Assembly (NCBI GenBank): GCA_012295275.1 | Contig: CM022671.1 | Coordinates: 4,278,001 to 4,342,000 of the forward strand | From: Chrysomallon squamiferum | Lineage: Eukaryota > Animalia > Mollusca | DNA length: 64,000 bases | Reading direction: 5' to 3' | In this document: one piece after another, positions 22,301 through 44,100 of the stretch | Layout of the letters: the number at the start of each line of letters is the position of its first letter | Numbering within the stretch: the first letter of the stretch is position 1 | Program-made: the position numbers and the translations under genes | The notes under the pieces: generated by a model | Told to the model about the DNA's origin: nothing | Databases searched by the model: none | What the model saw: only the letters and a program-made list of their open reading frames with translations

Positions 22301-23100
22301 AAAACAAAACTTATATATATATATATGTAAATGTAAATGCATATTGAAAAAACATGCATGAGGTATAAAGATGACATATAAGATATTAAAGAGATGTGCT
22401 AGATTAGTCTTAATGAAAGTAATATGTGTCAATACATTATCTCCATCCATTATTAACTATTCACATATATTCATGTATGAACAATGATGTATGTCCATTC
22501 AAACAGTACACCTTACATGCATATAAAATTGGTACAGATGCATAGATTCATCTAAGAATACTCACAAACTAACATGCACACACATAAATAAGCACACATA
22601 CTTACATAGACACATATAGCAATATTTATAATTCATGAAAAAAATATATATACACACTTCGACAAATTCATACAATCAAATATTTATTCCTACTTTCTGT
22701 CTGTTTTTAACTTACACACAGTGATATTCATAAACACAAACACATATACACTCCATCATTGACACTATGTAATTTAGACACATACATCTGCACACTAACA
22801 TATACACTATATATAATTTACACACACAGACATGCACACTAAAACACACTATATATTTCAAACACAACACACTATATACATACACATGGACACTAATAGA
22901 TATGCTCTATATAATTTACACACATACAGACATTCACACTAACACACAAAATTTACACACACTCACACACACACACACACACACACACAGTCCAACATTC
23001 TCACTATTTAATTTACATTCACACAGACACACAATATAACACACACACAGACATATAGACACACATTCAAACACTCACACTATATAAAGTACACACACAT

Positions 23101-23258
23101 ACAGACAGATTGAAACTAACAGTACATAATTCACACACACACACACACACACACACAAACAAACAGACAGACTGACACTAACAGTACATAATTCACACAC
23201 ACACACACACACACACACAACAAAACAGACAGATTGACACTAACAGTACATAATTCAT

Positions 23259-23290
<32 letters not shown>

Positions 23291-23340
23291 ACAGACTGAC
23301 ACTAACAGTACATAATTCACACACACACACACACACACAC
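23101..23340. repeat. 62-bp tandem repeat (4 copies), each unit containing a (CA)n tract
   Basis: acagacaga(c/t)tga(c/a)actaacagtacataattca(ca)n starting at 23101, 23163, 23225, 23287. Confidence 0.9.
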
Positions 23341-23639
23341 AGTGACTGATAAGATATCCCTGAGAAACAGCAGAGATAGGGAGATAAAAAGCGTCTTAAT
23401 GAAATCACAATTCCTTTTTATTATTAATGAACTTTCGCAATTACCGTGGCTGTCACGGGCATTCCCACATTGATTAGCTCCAACTACAACAGCAGTGAAC
23501 AGCACACAGAACTCCTCTTGAGAAATTATCACACATATTATGTGAAAGATTGTCCTGATGCTGATGTTATTTTTTTGTTTGTCATTGTTGGTTTTTGTTA
23601 CTTTTCTTAGAAATGTGTAATGTAATGTAATGTAATGTA

Positions 23640-23880
23640 AAATATAATATAATATAATATAATATAATATAATATAATATAATATAATATAATATAATAT
23701 AAAGTAATATAAATGAAATATAACCTTGATACAACATTAATATAATAAATACAGTATAGTAATATATATTAAAGTAAATGTAATTTAATGTAATATAATG
23801 TAAAATAATACAATACAATAATAATATAATATAATATAATATAATATAATATAATATAATATAATATAATATAATATATA
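23640..23880. repeat. (AATAT)n pentanucleotide satellite tracts
   Basis: Runs at about 23640-23700 and 23820-23878. Confidence 0.85.
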
Positions 23881-24572
23881 ATACATAATAAATGTCATCA
23901 TATAACATTTCATCATGTAATAAAATAATATTTATGATACTTGAAATGTTATAGTAGGCATACATCATGTGTGATAGAATTGTGACTATGACAGACTCTA
24001 TAGTGAGAGAGAGGTTGGGAGTTATAGAGAAAGAAATAAATATTTTTGCGATAATTATCACAATGGTGTTAAAACAACAATTTAGTATGAAAAAGCTGGT
24101 ATCCAAGTCATGAATAAAAAAAAAACCCATCAAATTAATGATAACAGTAATAATAATAATAATCATAGTAATAATAATATAAATAATAATACTACACCAT
24201 TAATAATAGAAAAAAGAAACCAACAAACGTCAAAGAAGAAGAAAAGATGTTCCTAAATATTAAAAATTATTAACATTTCATTCAAGTTTTCACTGAGTTC
24301 AACAAATATAAGTAAATGGTTAATTGGGGAAACTAAATCATTTGTATATGCATTAGCCTAATAAAAATACAATAACTAACACATCAGTCATATAATCTAG
24401 AAGGCAGGTGACCTACCATTAGATTTGAACCAATGAACTTCTGTATTAATATTATAAACTAATAATCAACATTTAAAATAACCAAAAGGAGAGGTCATAT
24501 CACCACTGTGAAGTAAATTTAAGATTTTTAGGAATTACTATTTCCAAATACAAAAATCGAGATAAAGTATTT

Positions 24573-24603
<31 letters not shown>

Positions 24604-24887
24604 AGTATATTTTTTCCAAATACAAAAATCAAGATAAAGTATTTATTTATTTATTTTACTTACTTATTTATTTTATTTATTTATTTATTTATTTTTTGTA
24701 AATTAAATCGTAGATCACAATTCTTGGGTTTGTATTATTCCTAGAGCATGCTGCATTTGTTTTTCTTGGAAACGCGGTGAAATTTACAATAAACATCACT
24801 GAAAAGAAGTGACAAATAATCAAACGGAAACACAGAATGATTCGATACAGACGTAATTACAATTAAATAACTGTTTAGGTAACTCAC

Positions 24888-25020
24888 CGCCAGTAAACAC
24901 ACTCAACCGTTATTTAAAACACAGTCCTCTTGTCTACCTAATTGTCGTCTGCGTCTCGCACACTTTCGATCAAAACACAACTGTCACTTTATCGACTAGT
25001 TTTATCGAGTTCCGCTCTTC
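24888..25020 (-). other. Candidate non-coding first exon / promoter of the cupredoxin-repeat gene
   Basis: Strong donor GCG|GTGAGT at 24888/24887 on the minus strand, in a locally CpG-rich patch. The link to the exon ending at 6910 is inferred, not shown. Confidence 0.35.
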
Positions 25021-25021
25021 A

Positions 25022-25033
25022 CCACTAGGGGGC
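25022..25033 (+). promoter_or_regulatory. CTCF-like core motif CCACTAGGGGGC
   Basis: Matches the bilaterian CTCF core CCAC(C/T)AG(A/G)(G/T)GGC. A GC-rich 12-mer in AT-rich DNA next to a putative transcription start. Confidence 0.5.
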
Positions 25034-25231
25034 TTTCGTAATCTGTAATCTGGTGAACACGATTATGATTATCAGTATATGTCAATAATTTTATTATATT
25101 TTTCATTTTTTGACATATTGTGAAAATACTGCTCTTATCTGTGCGATAATATATGTTTTAGGTTGTGTTTATATGTGTATGAGTGTTTACCTGTGTGTGT
25201 GTGTTTTTGTATGTGTGTGTGTGTGTCTGTG

Positions 25232-25237
<6 letters not shown>

Positions 25238-25306
<69 letters not shown>
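25238..25306. repeat. (GA)n microsatellite
   Basis: Pure ga run. Confidence 0.95.
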
Positions 25307-25310
<4 letters not shown>

Positions 25311-25416
25311 GCAGGCCTTATCTGGAAAATAAGATTCAACATGATTTATTAAGTTCCCTGTTGATTCGTACAGAAACTATGTCAAAATAATTAATCACCT
25401 AAACATATAACTAACT

Positions 25417-25482
<66 letters not shown>

Positions 25483-25632
25483 AAGAAGAAGAAGAAGAAG
25501 AAGAAGAAAGAATGAAAGAAGAAAAAAAGGAAACAAAAACTAAAATTATAACTTTATTTTAAATCGGTCCCAAGTTAATATTATAACATTTTTTTAGAAG
25601 TGTAATAAAAAGCAGGATCCCTTCTTCCAGAT

Positions 25633-25747
25633 CAGGTGTCGGCAACCTTTTGGAGAGAGGGGACCACACAGCTTCGCAGGGTTTTGGAGGAGGGCCAAGA
25701 TATTATATCTATATCTATAACTATCAATCTATCTATCTATCTATCTA

Positions 25748-25798
<51 letters not shown>

Positions 25799-25833
25799 TT
25801 CTATCTATCTATATATTTATCTATCTATCTATC

Positions 25834-25874
<41 letters not shown>

Positions 25875-25945
25875 GAGGTTTAAAGAAAAAAAAAAATGAA
25901 GTTAATGTAATAATCGGTGTCCTCGCCAAGGGTTGCCTACCCCTG
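25633..25945. mobile_element. Non-autonomous hAT (Charlie-type) MITE with microsatellite-filled interior
   Basis: Left TIR CAGGTGTCGGCAACC (25633-25647). Right TIR GGTTGCCTACCCCTG (25931-25945), 13/15 complementary. The 8-bp flanks TTCCAGAT (25625-25632) and TTCTCGAT (25946-25953) are each one change from TTCTAGAT, fitting an 8-bp TSD and the Charlie NTCTAGAN target preference. Confidence 0.75.
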
Positions 25946-26236
25946 TTCTCGATATTCACACTCTGACACTTTCCTGCCACACCCAGTGCCCGCTGACTAC
26001 AGTATTCGTTTGGTTATTACATTTAAATATTTAGACGTTAACAGTGATGCCAGCGTGTTTCCTCTATCTTTGTTATGTCAACTGTATTAAAACCACCTGT
26101 CTTAACATCTTAGAATTAATATTAAAATGTGCTGAAGTTATCATACACCAAAGCTGTTCTGTTCGTTCGTTTTGTTTTCTAATTATATGTTATATTTTAC
26201 AATTTGTTTAACGAAGCCATACTTTTGGTTGTGAAA

Positions 26237-26297
<61 letters not shown>

Positions 26298-26469
26298 GTT
26301 ATTTTAACAAATATCACTGCTATAAATTTAAATTGTTATCGAACCATTTTCTGGAAATATCGATAAGTGGAAGAATGATTTCCTTTTAAGAAAAAAAAAA
26401 ATTATAGAAAATTTAGAATCCAGCTTTGTTCAATAATTTCAGTTAATGGTATTTAATTTCCAAAGAGGA

Positions 26470-26830
26470 AATATCTATTGCGCCCTTTGCCCCCAAAAGA
26501 AACAGACAACTTCCGACTGCGTGGCACAAAACAATCGATAAATACACAGCAGAGCGGAAAATATAGCGTGAAAGTATACGCCTTTGATGTAGCCGGCGTT
26601 TGTTGTCGGTTGCTTGGGGAACAAATTGAGTCATGTGACCAATGTTTTAGTCAACAGTGTTCGGAAATACTCGGAATCTACGGATTTTCCCGAATTCACG
26701 AGTATTTAACGACCCTAATACATTTTTAAGTATCTCATGGTTTAAGAAACTCGGGCCTCTGTTTGTGATGTCGTGTGAAGATATAATAAAAAAAAAAAAA
26801 AATAAAGCTCTAGCGATCGTTTAGCCTCAG
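26470..26830. promoter_or_regulatory. CpG-enriched putative promoter region between divergent genes, with ETS-like (ACTTCCG, 26509-26515) and RFX X-box-like (GTTGCTTGGGGAAC, 26609-26622) motifs
   Basis: Visible CpG excess relative to the flanks; motifs read directly; function inferred. Confidence 0.45.
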
Positions 26831-26885
26831 GGTCGAGTAATGATAGTGATCGTATATATTTATCAACTCAAAGAAGGAAGATTTA

Positions 26886-26957
<72 letters not shown>

Positions 26958-27118
26958 AATAAATAAATAAATACAAATAAATAATATAAACTTTCCTTTT
27001 TTATACACAAATATTCATACGTACGTACACACACACACACACACATATATTTTTGTACACATATTACATACATATCTATCTATATATATATGTATGTGTG
27101 TATATGTATATGTATGTA

Positions 27119-27159
<41 letters not shown>

Positions 27160-27291
27160 CATTGACCGTTTTTAAGATATCTAGTATTATCTGGTTAATT
27201 AGACAATACATCTAATGATGATATAGACACTAACATACCTTTATATATTCGTGCGTGTGTTTGGTGTGTGTATATGTGTGTGTGTGTGTTT

Positions 27292-27328
<37 letters not shown>

Positions 27329-27500
27329 TGTACCAGTGTGTGCGTCTTTGTGTGTATTTTACGTGCATTTGATAAAAGACCTGAACCACCAAAAACGTTT
27401 TAGTCCGAATTGAAGTACCACGGTAAGTTCCGGTTATATCGGAAGTCGATAGTGGAGAGTAACCAGCACAAACTTGTTATTATTTTGTGTGATAATAATT

Positions 27501-35083
<7,583 letters not shown>

Positions 35084-38000
35084 TGAAGAAATTGTTTTAA
35101 TTGTAATTTATATATGAAGAGTTGATCTCATCATTTGGACTTTTATTTTTCCAGATGTTTTATCTATCCATGGTCTCTGTTTCATCACCTGAATTCATCA
35201 CAGAATATGTTCAATAATACAATTATTTTGATCAATTCTCAGTGACGCAGTGATTTTTCATTCATCCTGCAATTTTTCTAGAAACCATAGATTTGTGTAA
35301 ATGTTTAGTAACATAATCTATACTGACAAAGTTCTGAGTGAAAAAGATATGTTAAAAAATATTCCAATTTTTTGTTTTGATTGTTTACAAGATTATTTCA
35401 TGTCAGTGTTGACATGCATTTGTTGAGTGTGGCAGTTTTAAAACTTTGGAAATTAAAAATTGTTCTGCCAAAGCAAAGAATGAATATTAAACAATAACCC
35501 AGATTTTTTATTATCCTGGGCATTGCTCATTTCTTAATTTTTTAATACATTTTTGTTTTTCATTTAAATTTTTACTATTAGAGTTTTACAATTTAGAGTT
35601 GAAAATATGTTTGAATTGAAATTATATGATAATTTTTGAACAGTTTCTTTTGTGAAAGTTTTATTATTATTAATTTTGTTCTCATTGTCTTTATTTATTT
35701 TTTATTTATTTATTTATTCTTTTCACAGACATTTTATATTGAAAACATTTTTTTGTTATTCTCAGTACTTTCCTGACATGAGTTTTAATTTTGATGACAT
35801 TTGTTTTTAATTCACTCATTTTTATGTTGTTTTTTGTCATATCCAGTTACTCATTATCATAAAAACTGCATTTAATACTGAATGTTATTATCTAGTTTCC
35901 CATGTGACATAAAATTATTTGTTTTTAAATTATTAGTCATAAAAAATGTTTAAACTGTTTTTATTATGAGTGCTTGTTGTATATATTTGAGATAAAGTGT
36001 CCTTACATAAAATCTCACTTGAAAAGTTACATTTTAAATATACACAGCTCAATCAAAATTATAATTATAAATACACAACTTTGACGTAAATGCAGTTAGA
36101 GTTACTTCCCATTGATTTAATGCTGACCGCATTTGTTATCAAAATCTCATATTACAACCTTTAACTTTACTTTGCAGACACATTCGAACATTTTTAAAAA
36201 TTGCCAGACATGTTTAGTTGTGTTTTTTGACTGAATGACACAAACAAATATGTTTATGGGGGGTTTATTCATTTGTTAATATGTAGGATCTTAAGACTTT
36301 TTCATATATATATATTTGGATATTTAATTTAATTTTATTTTTAATATATTTTTTTAAATACAAAGCCCCTTTTAGAGAGAGAAAAAAGAATCCTGTACAG
36401 AAAATTACCTATGCTGTGTGCAAAATATCAGAGCTAGATTTCCTGAACTGTTTTTGTAAATCTTTTTTCAACTGTTCAGTAATGTTTTTCACTAGTTGAA
36501 GACTATAAATAAATATCACAAACAGAAATCTTATGTTTTTCTCTGCTGTTAGTTTTTTTTTTTTTTTTTTTAAATATTATATATTTGATAACTGACAAGC
36601 TACATTTTTAATGATTCACAGAAAATTGTGTAAGATATTTAGCTGCATGTTTTAACTGACATGCCTCAGTTTGAACAGATGTTGTTCGTCTTTGTATCAT
36701 AAATTGCAAAAGTTATTTCCACCATAATGACGGTAATCTTTATTCTAGATCTGCACCTGTTTTCAATATGGGTAGATATGTCTTAACATTGTAATAATTT
36801 TACATTAGTTTTTTTAATTTTTTTATTTTTAACTCTTCTTAAATGAATTAAAAAAAGATCCTGCCATTTATGTTTTTATGTGTAAAACAGGCAGAATTAA
36901 AATTAATTTTGTTTAAAATAGATATAAATGTGTATATTATTATTAGAATTTTTAATTTTTTAAATTATGTTTTATATAGCATGTTTTAAAATGTATATTT
37001 TCAGAAACACTCATTTTTCCTTTCTCATTGTAAGAATCCGTCCAATTTTTATACTTGTTAAAAAAAAAAAAAATATTTAACTTGTATATCTTGATAAAAC
37101 CATGAGGTGAATGTCAGTTTAATGAAATGAAAATTATTCATACTCATGTATGGAAAATCACTGTGTTTTGTGTGAGTGTGTGTTGTATTTTTAGCATAAA
37201 GTGAACAAAAAATTATGATTGGCTGACAATATTGATTGCATCCACCCCTTAAAAGATAGTTTGACATTTTCAGTATTTATTTAGTTATTGTTTTTTAAGT
37301 TATGTAAAACAACAGTTTTGTTTTCAATGAAATTAAATAGTATCTCTAGTTGCATTAGAGAAGTTCAGTTATTCATTATAAAGGGCATTTACTTTTTCAA
37401 TTTATTTATAAAATTTTGCAGCAGTGTCTTTGAAAAGAAAAATACCAGAAAATTAACCAGTTTTGAGAAATCAGAAAATATACTTTTGACTGCATTGTTA
37501 TTTTGTTACCGTTTTACCTGTTGTGTATTTATTTTCTAGCAGTCAAGATTGTTATGTGTGTTGAGGTTTGTGTATGATGGTGTTTTGTATGTGTTTGATT
37601 TTTAACAGTTAACTAGCATTATGTGTATGCAGGTTACTATGTAGCAATTTTTGTAATACCAGCTATTTATATTTAAAAACATCAAATCTCTGATACATCA
37701 GTATCATATTGTAACTTTGTTATATCAGTAATGTAAATTCAGATTTCATTTGTATTGTAAATATGCTGCACTGTGATAAATATTAAACAATAGCTCACAA
37801 TAAAAATGTTTGTTTTGTTTTTTTCTTCAGGGGATTTATGAAGTAAGATTCTGTATCATCTCTGAACTGCTCCACTTGTCAGTGGTAAACTATCACTCTG
37901 TGTTAGATGGGTTGTCTGAGAAATGGTTTTTCTTTCAAGCCATTGTCTAATGGTTAGTTTACCAAATTCCAAATAACATGTACTTTCCCTATTTATGGGA

Positions 38001-41000
38001 AGGCACAAACAAAATATTCTTTGTTGCTAGTTGAAAAAAGAAACCCATACATGTTGGTAATCCATCGTTTGTTGTAATTTGTTGTGATTATCCAGTTTAT
38101 TTGTTGTGGTTATTACTAATAATAAATATGGATTCATAAAAATATCTTTTGTAATTTTGTGCCAGGCTATACACTTACTTTACTAATCATTAGGTCATTG
38201 TTGATTTGGTTTATGTGTAATACATAAAAAAATAAAATTTTTACCGCACCTAAATATTTTTATCTAAAATCGTTTGCTTTTAAATATACCTTCCCACAGA
38301 TATTGCATGCCATTCCTTTATCTATCTGTATAAAAATAAAAATAATTTAGCAACATTAAAAACAAAAATCCATTTTAATTTAATAAAAATTTATTTTGTA
38401 TCTCTGTACATGACATATATACATACATACATACATACAGATCTGTATTTTTTTTACAGATGAAATAAAATGATTGAAGAAACTTATTTCAAAATTGCTG
38501 TAAAAAATTGTTTTTTTCATCAAACTAATTTTACTCTTGGTTTAACATATTTTCCAAGAACACCCCACACACACACAAAAAAAAAAGTTCAGTAATTTAT
38601 TATCATCATACAGAATGTCCCAAAACTTGCAAAAGTCAGTATGTGGAAACTGAATAAAACAAAATGTCTGTCTGTCTCACTATAATGTAAACTTACAATG
38701 GATATCACATGCTCTTAAATGAAAATTTTAAAAAAATTCACTATATAAATCTAATGCCCAGTAATGCAGAAATTTTTTATATTCTATTTAAACAGATTCT
38801 GGACTTTATGAAATCAAAAACAAAGATGTCCCTCTTTGCCATTTTTAAAAAGCAAAAAAACAAAAAAACAAAAACTACAGAATAAAAAACCATCCAAAAT
38901 TATTCTCAAATTTTTCCAAAACTATTTTAATTTAGAAATGGAAACATCCATGTGAAGTGAAGTCACAAACACCACCCCCCATCAAAACTTAACCTTAAGT
39001 AAATAATGCTGATACAGCAATTTTTATTATTTTTAATTTAGAAACTTCAGTATCTGTACCTGTATGCAGGCTATAATTATAACCTCAACCTTTGATATAT
39101 TTATTTCTGCTGCAAATATGTGTTGCCTAGCAACTGTTTTATTTACCTGAAGTTTCACGAAAAAGGAAATGAATTTTTACATTTTAAAAAAATAATCAGG
39201 TATAGAAAAAGAAGTAAACACTTCAAACAGACTTACAGTAGGAACTATTTAGATGCACACATCCTAAGAAAAAAAGGACCCGGAGAAAAAGGTGCTTATT
39301 TTAATATGTGAGACAAAATAGAAAAATGCACATTTAAAATGTAATATTACTTTCTTCAATCTATTATTTCCTGATTATCACTTCAGCTGAGATATTTAAC
39401 AGTAATAATATTTATATTTTTATTTTTTATAACTTATTTTGTAATTGTAACTTAATATTGCTGATGATATTCTGGGCTAATGTTCATCTCTTTGGTGTAG
39501 TTTGAAGATGATAATGATAATGATGACAACGATGATGATAATGATTATTATTATTATTATTATCATTTTATGAGTGAGTTACAGGACATTTCAGTTAGAA
39601 ATATTTAATTTCAAACAAACCAACTCCTGTGAGATTTAGAATTAATTTGACTAACCCAATGAAATTAATCTTTTATATTAAGCTAATAAACTTTCAGAAA
39701 ACAATAAAAAATAAAAATAAAAAATATATTAAAAAAGCTATGTTGGTAAATAACATAAAAATAAAGAAAGACATTTATTTTTGTAAAAATATTGAAAAAG
39801 AAATAAACAGTATAAAAGATTCAAACTATATTACACAATTCTGTACACTGCAGAGTTAACATATATTTTTTTTTTCAAAACATACTTTACATAACTGGAT
39901 TTCAAAAAATCAAAACAAATTTAGCAGAAATTATTTCATAACCAAATAATGAAAATTTCTACACAGAAAATCATTTCTCTCCCTCTCTCAGAAGATCAAA
40001 TAAAAAAAAAAATAAAAAAAAAAAATATTGTGTGAACTGTTTTTCAGAAATCACCAAATTATATTTATTTTGTATATACGTATGTAAGATATTTTCGTAA
40101 CAGACATAAAAATATATTAAGGCTGCACAGCCTTAAATTGTTCACTCATGAAATTCATGTGGTAAATAACTGTTTTATGAAACTTTTAAAATGAACTTTT
40201 CGTTACCGACTGCTATTTTTGTTTGTTTAAAATTTTGGTTTCACATGGTCTCGAACAACATCATAGAAATTGACAGAATCAATAAACCAAAATAATTAAG
40301 TATGATAATAAACAAATGAAAAACAAAAAAAAAGATAATCTGCTCGATATACACGCTTTAATTACACATGCAAAGAAGACTAGGATATTTATCTTACACA
40401 AATTCTCCCTCCTAACCGTTTCAGCATTTTGTATTTGTTAATTTATAAAAATGTTCAAAGTATGTAATGAAAATAGCACAAATGAAAAGTGAAAATGTAA
40501 TTATCACTCAAACTGTCAACTAGAGATGTCATCGACCGTTTACTGTACAAAATGTTTCCATGGATACAAAACCGAAAGATCCACACTAACTGTACATAAA
40601 ACTTGTGGTAACTTGGGTGTAGACAACGAATACTGGAAATAGGCATACTCAGTTTGAAAAATAAACATGCTGATTAAGAGGGAGAATGAAAAGGAAATGA
40701 TTCTTTGAATGTTAAACACAGACCACATCAACAGATACCATACAGTATTCATACTGCATAATTTAATCATACTGTGTACTTGCACAATATGACACAACAG
40801 CATCATACAAAGTACAATAATACAAAAAAATTGGAAATTTTACACTGTACTTCAACACCACAGTCATTCCAACAAAAAATACTGAATTATTGCTAATAGC
40901 TTTATCTTCAATAAAAAAAAAAAAATAAATAAATAAATAAATAAATAAATAAAATAAAAATAATAATAGTAAAAAAATATTTTTAAAAAAATGTTTAAAA

Positions 41001-41183
41001 ATAAATAAAGAAGAAAAAAATGCACTGGCTTTGATCACACAGGTAAAATTGTCTTCAGAACTGCTCTGGGGTTGGGGATGAGTTTGCTGGGGTGAGGGGA
41101 TGTTTGTTTTTGAAATCCTCAGTTACACTGTCATGTTTCTCTCGCATTCAGTCAATGATAATTATATTACACGTGTCGTATAG

Positions 41184-44100
41184 TTATAGAAAATAATCCG
41201 CTTGAGGCTTCTTTGATGGTATACCTCTCGTCTCCTGAAATAAATAAATAAATAAATAAATATATCAGTCAAAATAATGAATAAATAAATGACTCAAAAT
41301 AATAAAATAAATAGAAAAGAAAAATTAAAAATATAAATAAATAGAAGAAATGGAAATAAATTGAAATTTAAGAGACATATCCATTACTCATTAGAAAATT
41401 ACTTTATCACATATACGCTTATCCACCCCAGTCAAATCAGAAATTTGTAATCTGTCAGCTTGTACTAACATGAACTATTTAACTAATTTAATTTTGCTAA
41501 CACAAACACTAAAAAAATTACAGAAAATGGTGTAAATATATTTAATTTGCCAAAAAAAAACATTAAAAAAATATAATTAAAAAAAGAAAGAAAAATACCC
41601 AACATACTTAAACAAACAGATAGTACTAACACATTAACTCTTTAATTATATCTGTATTATCAGTTTGAATTATGTTTATAGTTTCCTTCAAATAAATTTG
41701 GATTGCAAAAACACTAAACTGTATTATCTAAAATAAAATATCTGATATACAAACAAAATCATTAATCTGCACAAAACATGTCTGCTATAACTGATTCAGT
41801 TTTGTAAAAAAATTAAATGTGGGAGACTGTAAAAATATAAGTTTTAAAATAAAATGTTAAATTATCAAGAATGTGACTCACCTGTGGTGCTGCCTCAAAT
41901 ATTGTGAAATCTCTTTGTAAATGTTCGTCTAGCTCTAAAATTGCAGCGACATTACCACATCTGTACAAAAATAAATAAATAAATAAATAAAAAATAATAA
42001 TAAAAATTTCATTTCAAGCCCCAGAAATTTAGAACAGAATATCAAACAGATATTCTAACATGTTTTGGTTTAAATAAAATATATGGAAAACACTTCATTT
42101 AAAATAATAATTATATCCACTAACTTTTTTTAACTTTATAATTTTATAATCCACAATTCTGTCCAAATAGATATTTTTCTATTACTTAAACATTTTCTTT
42201 TCTTTTCTTTCAACAGATCTCAGGTTCCTCCCACTGTGGCTTTTATTTTAAAAATTATTACATGCAGTTTCTTTTTAATAATTTTCTTTTAAAAATATTT
42301 GTACACCTAACTTAATATTTGCTGATCAGTTATTGTTTTAATTAAAACATTTTCCCCAAATATTATGATTAGTTTTAACATTAAACAATAAAACATATTT
42401 TAAAACATTAATTTCAAGTTTCTGCTGTCTACTTTATTGATCATAAGTTATTATTCTTCCTACAGTAACCTAAATTCACAAACCTGTAACAATAGTTGGG
42501 GGCTGACCACACAGTGAGGACAGTCTCGTTAAAGTGCCACTTGTAACCTTCCATGACTAACTGATGTGCCCGACAGATCAGATCAATATCGTTAGCCAGA
42601 TTAAACTGAGCAACAACGTCACTTCCAAACAGGTACCCTGCCCCCCTCGGACTCACACCCCAACCTTGCATATCTGAAAAAAATTAAACATTTATATACG
42701 ATTTCATGTAAATTTTATACCATCTCTACAGTGGAAGAAAGAAACAGCAAATACATTTTGTATACTGTCACGTGATTGCCTCATTTTGGTAGATAAAAAA
42801 AACTTTTTTATTAACTGAAGTTTTAATAAAATTAATGTGTTTTTCTGATGTTAGTTTATATCTTATATAGAAATGCAAAGGAAATGGATTTTTAAATTGA
42901 GGATGCAGTATGTTTTCATGTTATATATAAAACAATGATAGAAAAGTATGTATCAAAACCACACTGTCCTGTTTATGTGCCACTCCTAATATAGCTGTAC
43001 CCATCAATTTGATTGGCTAGTAAACAGACTGTTGTATTTGAGTTTAAATACTGTCCATGCTGTTATTTAATATCTGGTCTTTCCAATAATCTGGCAAAGC
43101 TTTTATTTATTTCTGATGCTATTCTGATGTTTATAAAATCTTAATCTACTATTTGATAAGTGATATAAATAATAAAAGTTTTTTTTATTTTTGATACTGT
43201 TTGATATTATAAAATAACTTTAATCCACTAATAAAGATACAAATCACACTATTTTGATACTATAAGACTGTAACGTACCTTCAGGATCTGACCAGAGTAG
43301 ATCACACATTGGACCATCGTGAGGTACTTCCTGTTTTCTGTCTATGGAGCGAATCTGATCCAGAGTTTGAATGGATGGAGAGAGCCCACCATGTACACAG
43401 AACAACTAAAAATAACAGTAATTAAAACAATTAAACAATAAAAAACACACACAGATATATATATATATATATATATACTGGTATCTGATAATAAAATACA
43501 AAAACTAAAAAGTGTCATAAAGAAAAAAAAAAATAAAATAGTGTCAAAGATTTTAAAGAAAACTGGAACAAGCAAATGCAACTTAGAAAACTAACTTAAA
43601 ATATATATTAAAGATTTTAATTATCATGTTAAGATTAAATATTTCTCTGACAATTATCACACTGGCACAGATGATGATTAAAAAATATATTTGGAGACCA
43701 AGATACAAAAGATTAAAACTCATTTTCATACACACACATAACACATATATAGAAGCTACTTAAGCAAAATTAAAAAATAATTGAATTTTATAAATCTGTG
43801 GAATCAAAATAATAGTACATACCTTGCCATCAATGATAGCAGATAGACTGAGGTAGTCAAATATTTCTGTACAGTATCGCCACACTGTGATTGATCCATA
43901 TTTTCTTAGACATTCATCGTAAAATCCATAAACCTGAGTAATTTGTCGACTTTCATGATTCCCTCGTATCAAAGTTATTCTGTCTGGATATCGAACCTTA
44001 AAGTAATTAAATAAAATAAATGAATAACTAATATAAGTAATATTTTTATTTATGCATGTGTGTATAGTACAATAATAACGAAACAAGTAAAATAACAATA

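Noticed and set aside
7662-24166. Many hydrophobic or Y/I/F/C/V-rich ORFs in the track
   Set aside because: They are translations of (TA)n, (CA)n, (TAT)n and (AAAT)n tracts, with no splice-supported continuity.
24541-24655. Small 72-bp-period duplication; similar short doublets near 60750-60800 and 62966-63017
   Set aside because: Ordinary two-copy slippage products with no functional hint.
26443-26729. ORFs 26443-26634(-) and 26478-26729(+)
   Set aside because: No recognisable domain; better explained by the higher GC of a promoter region.
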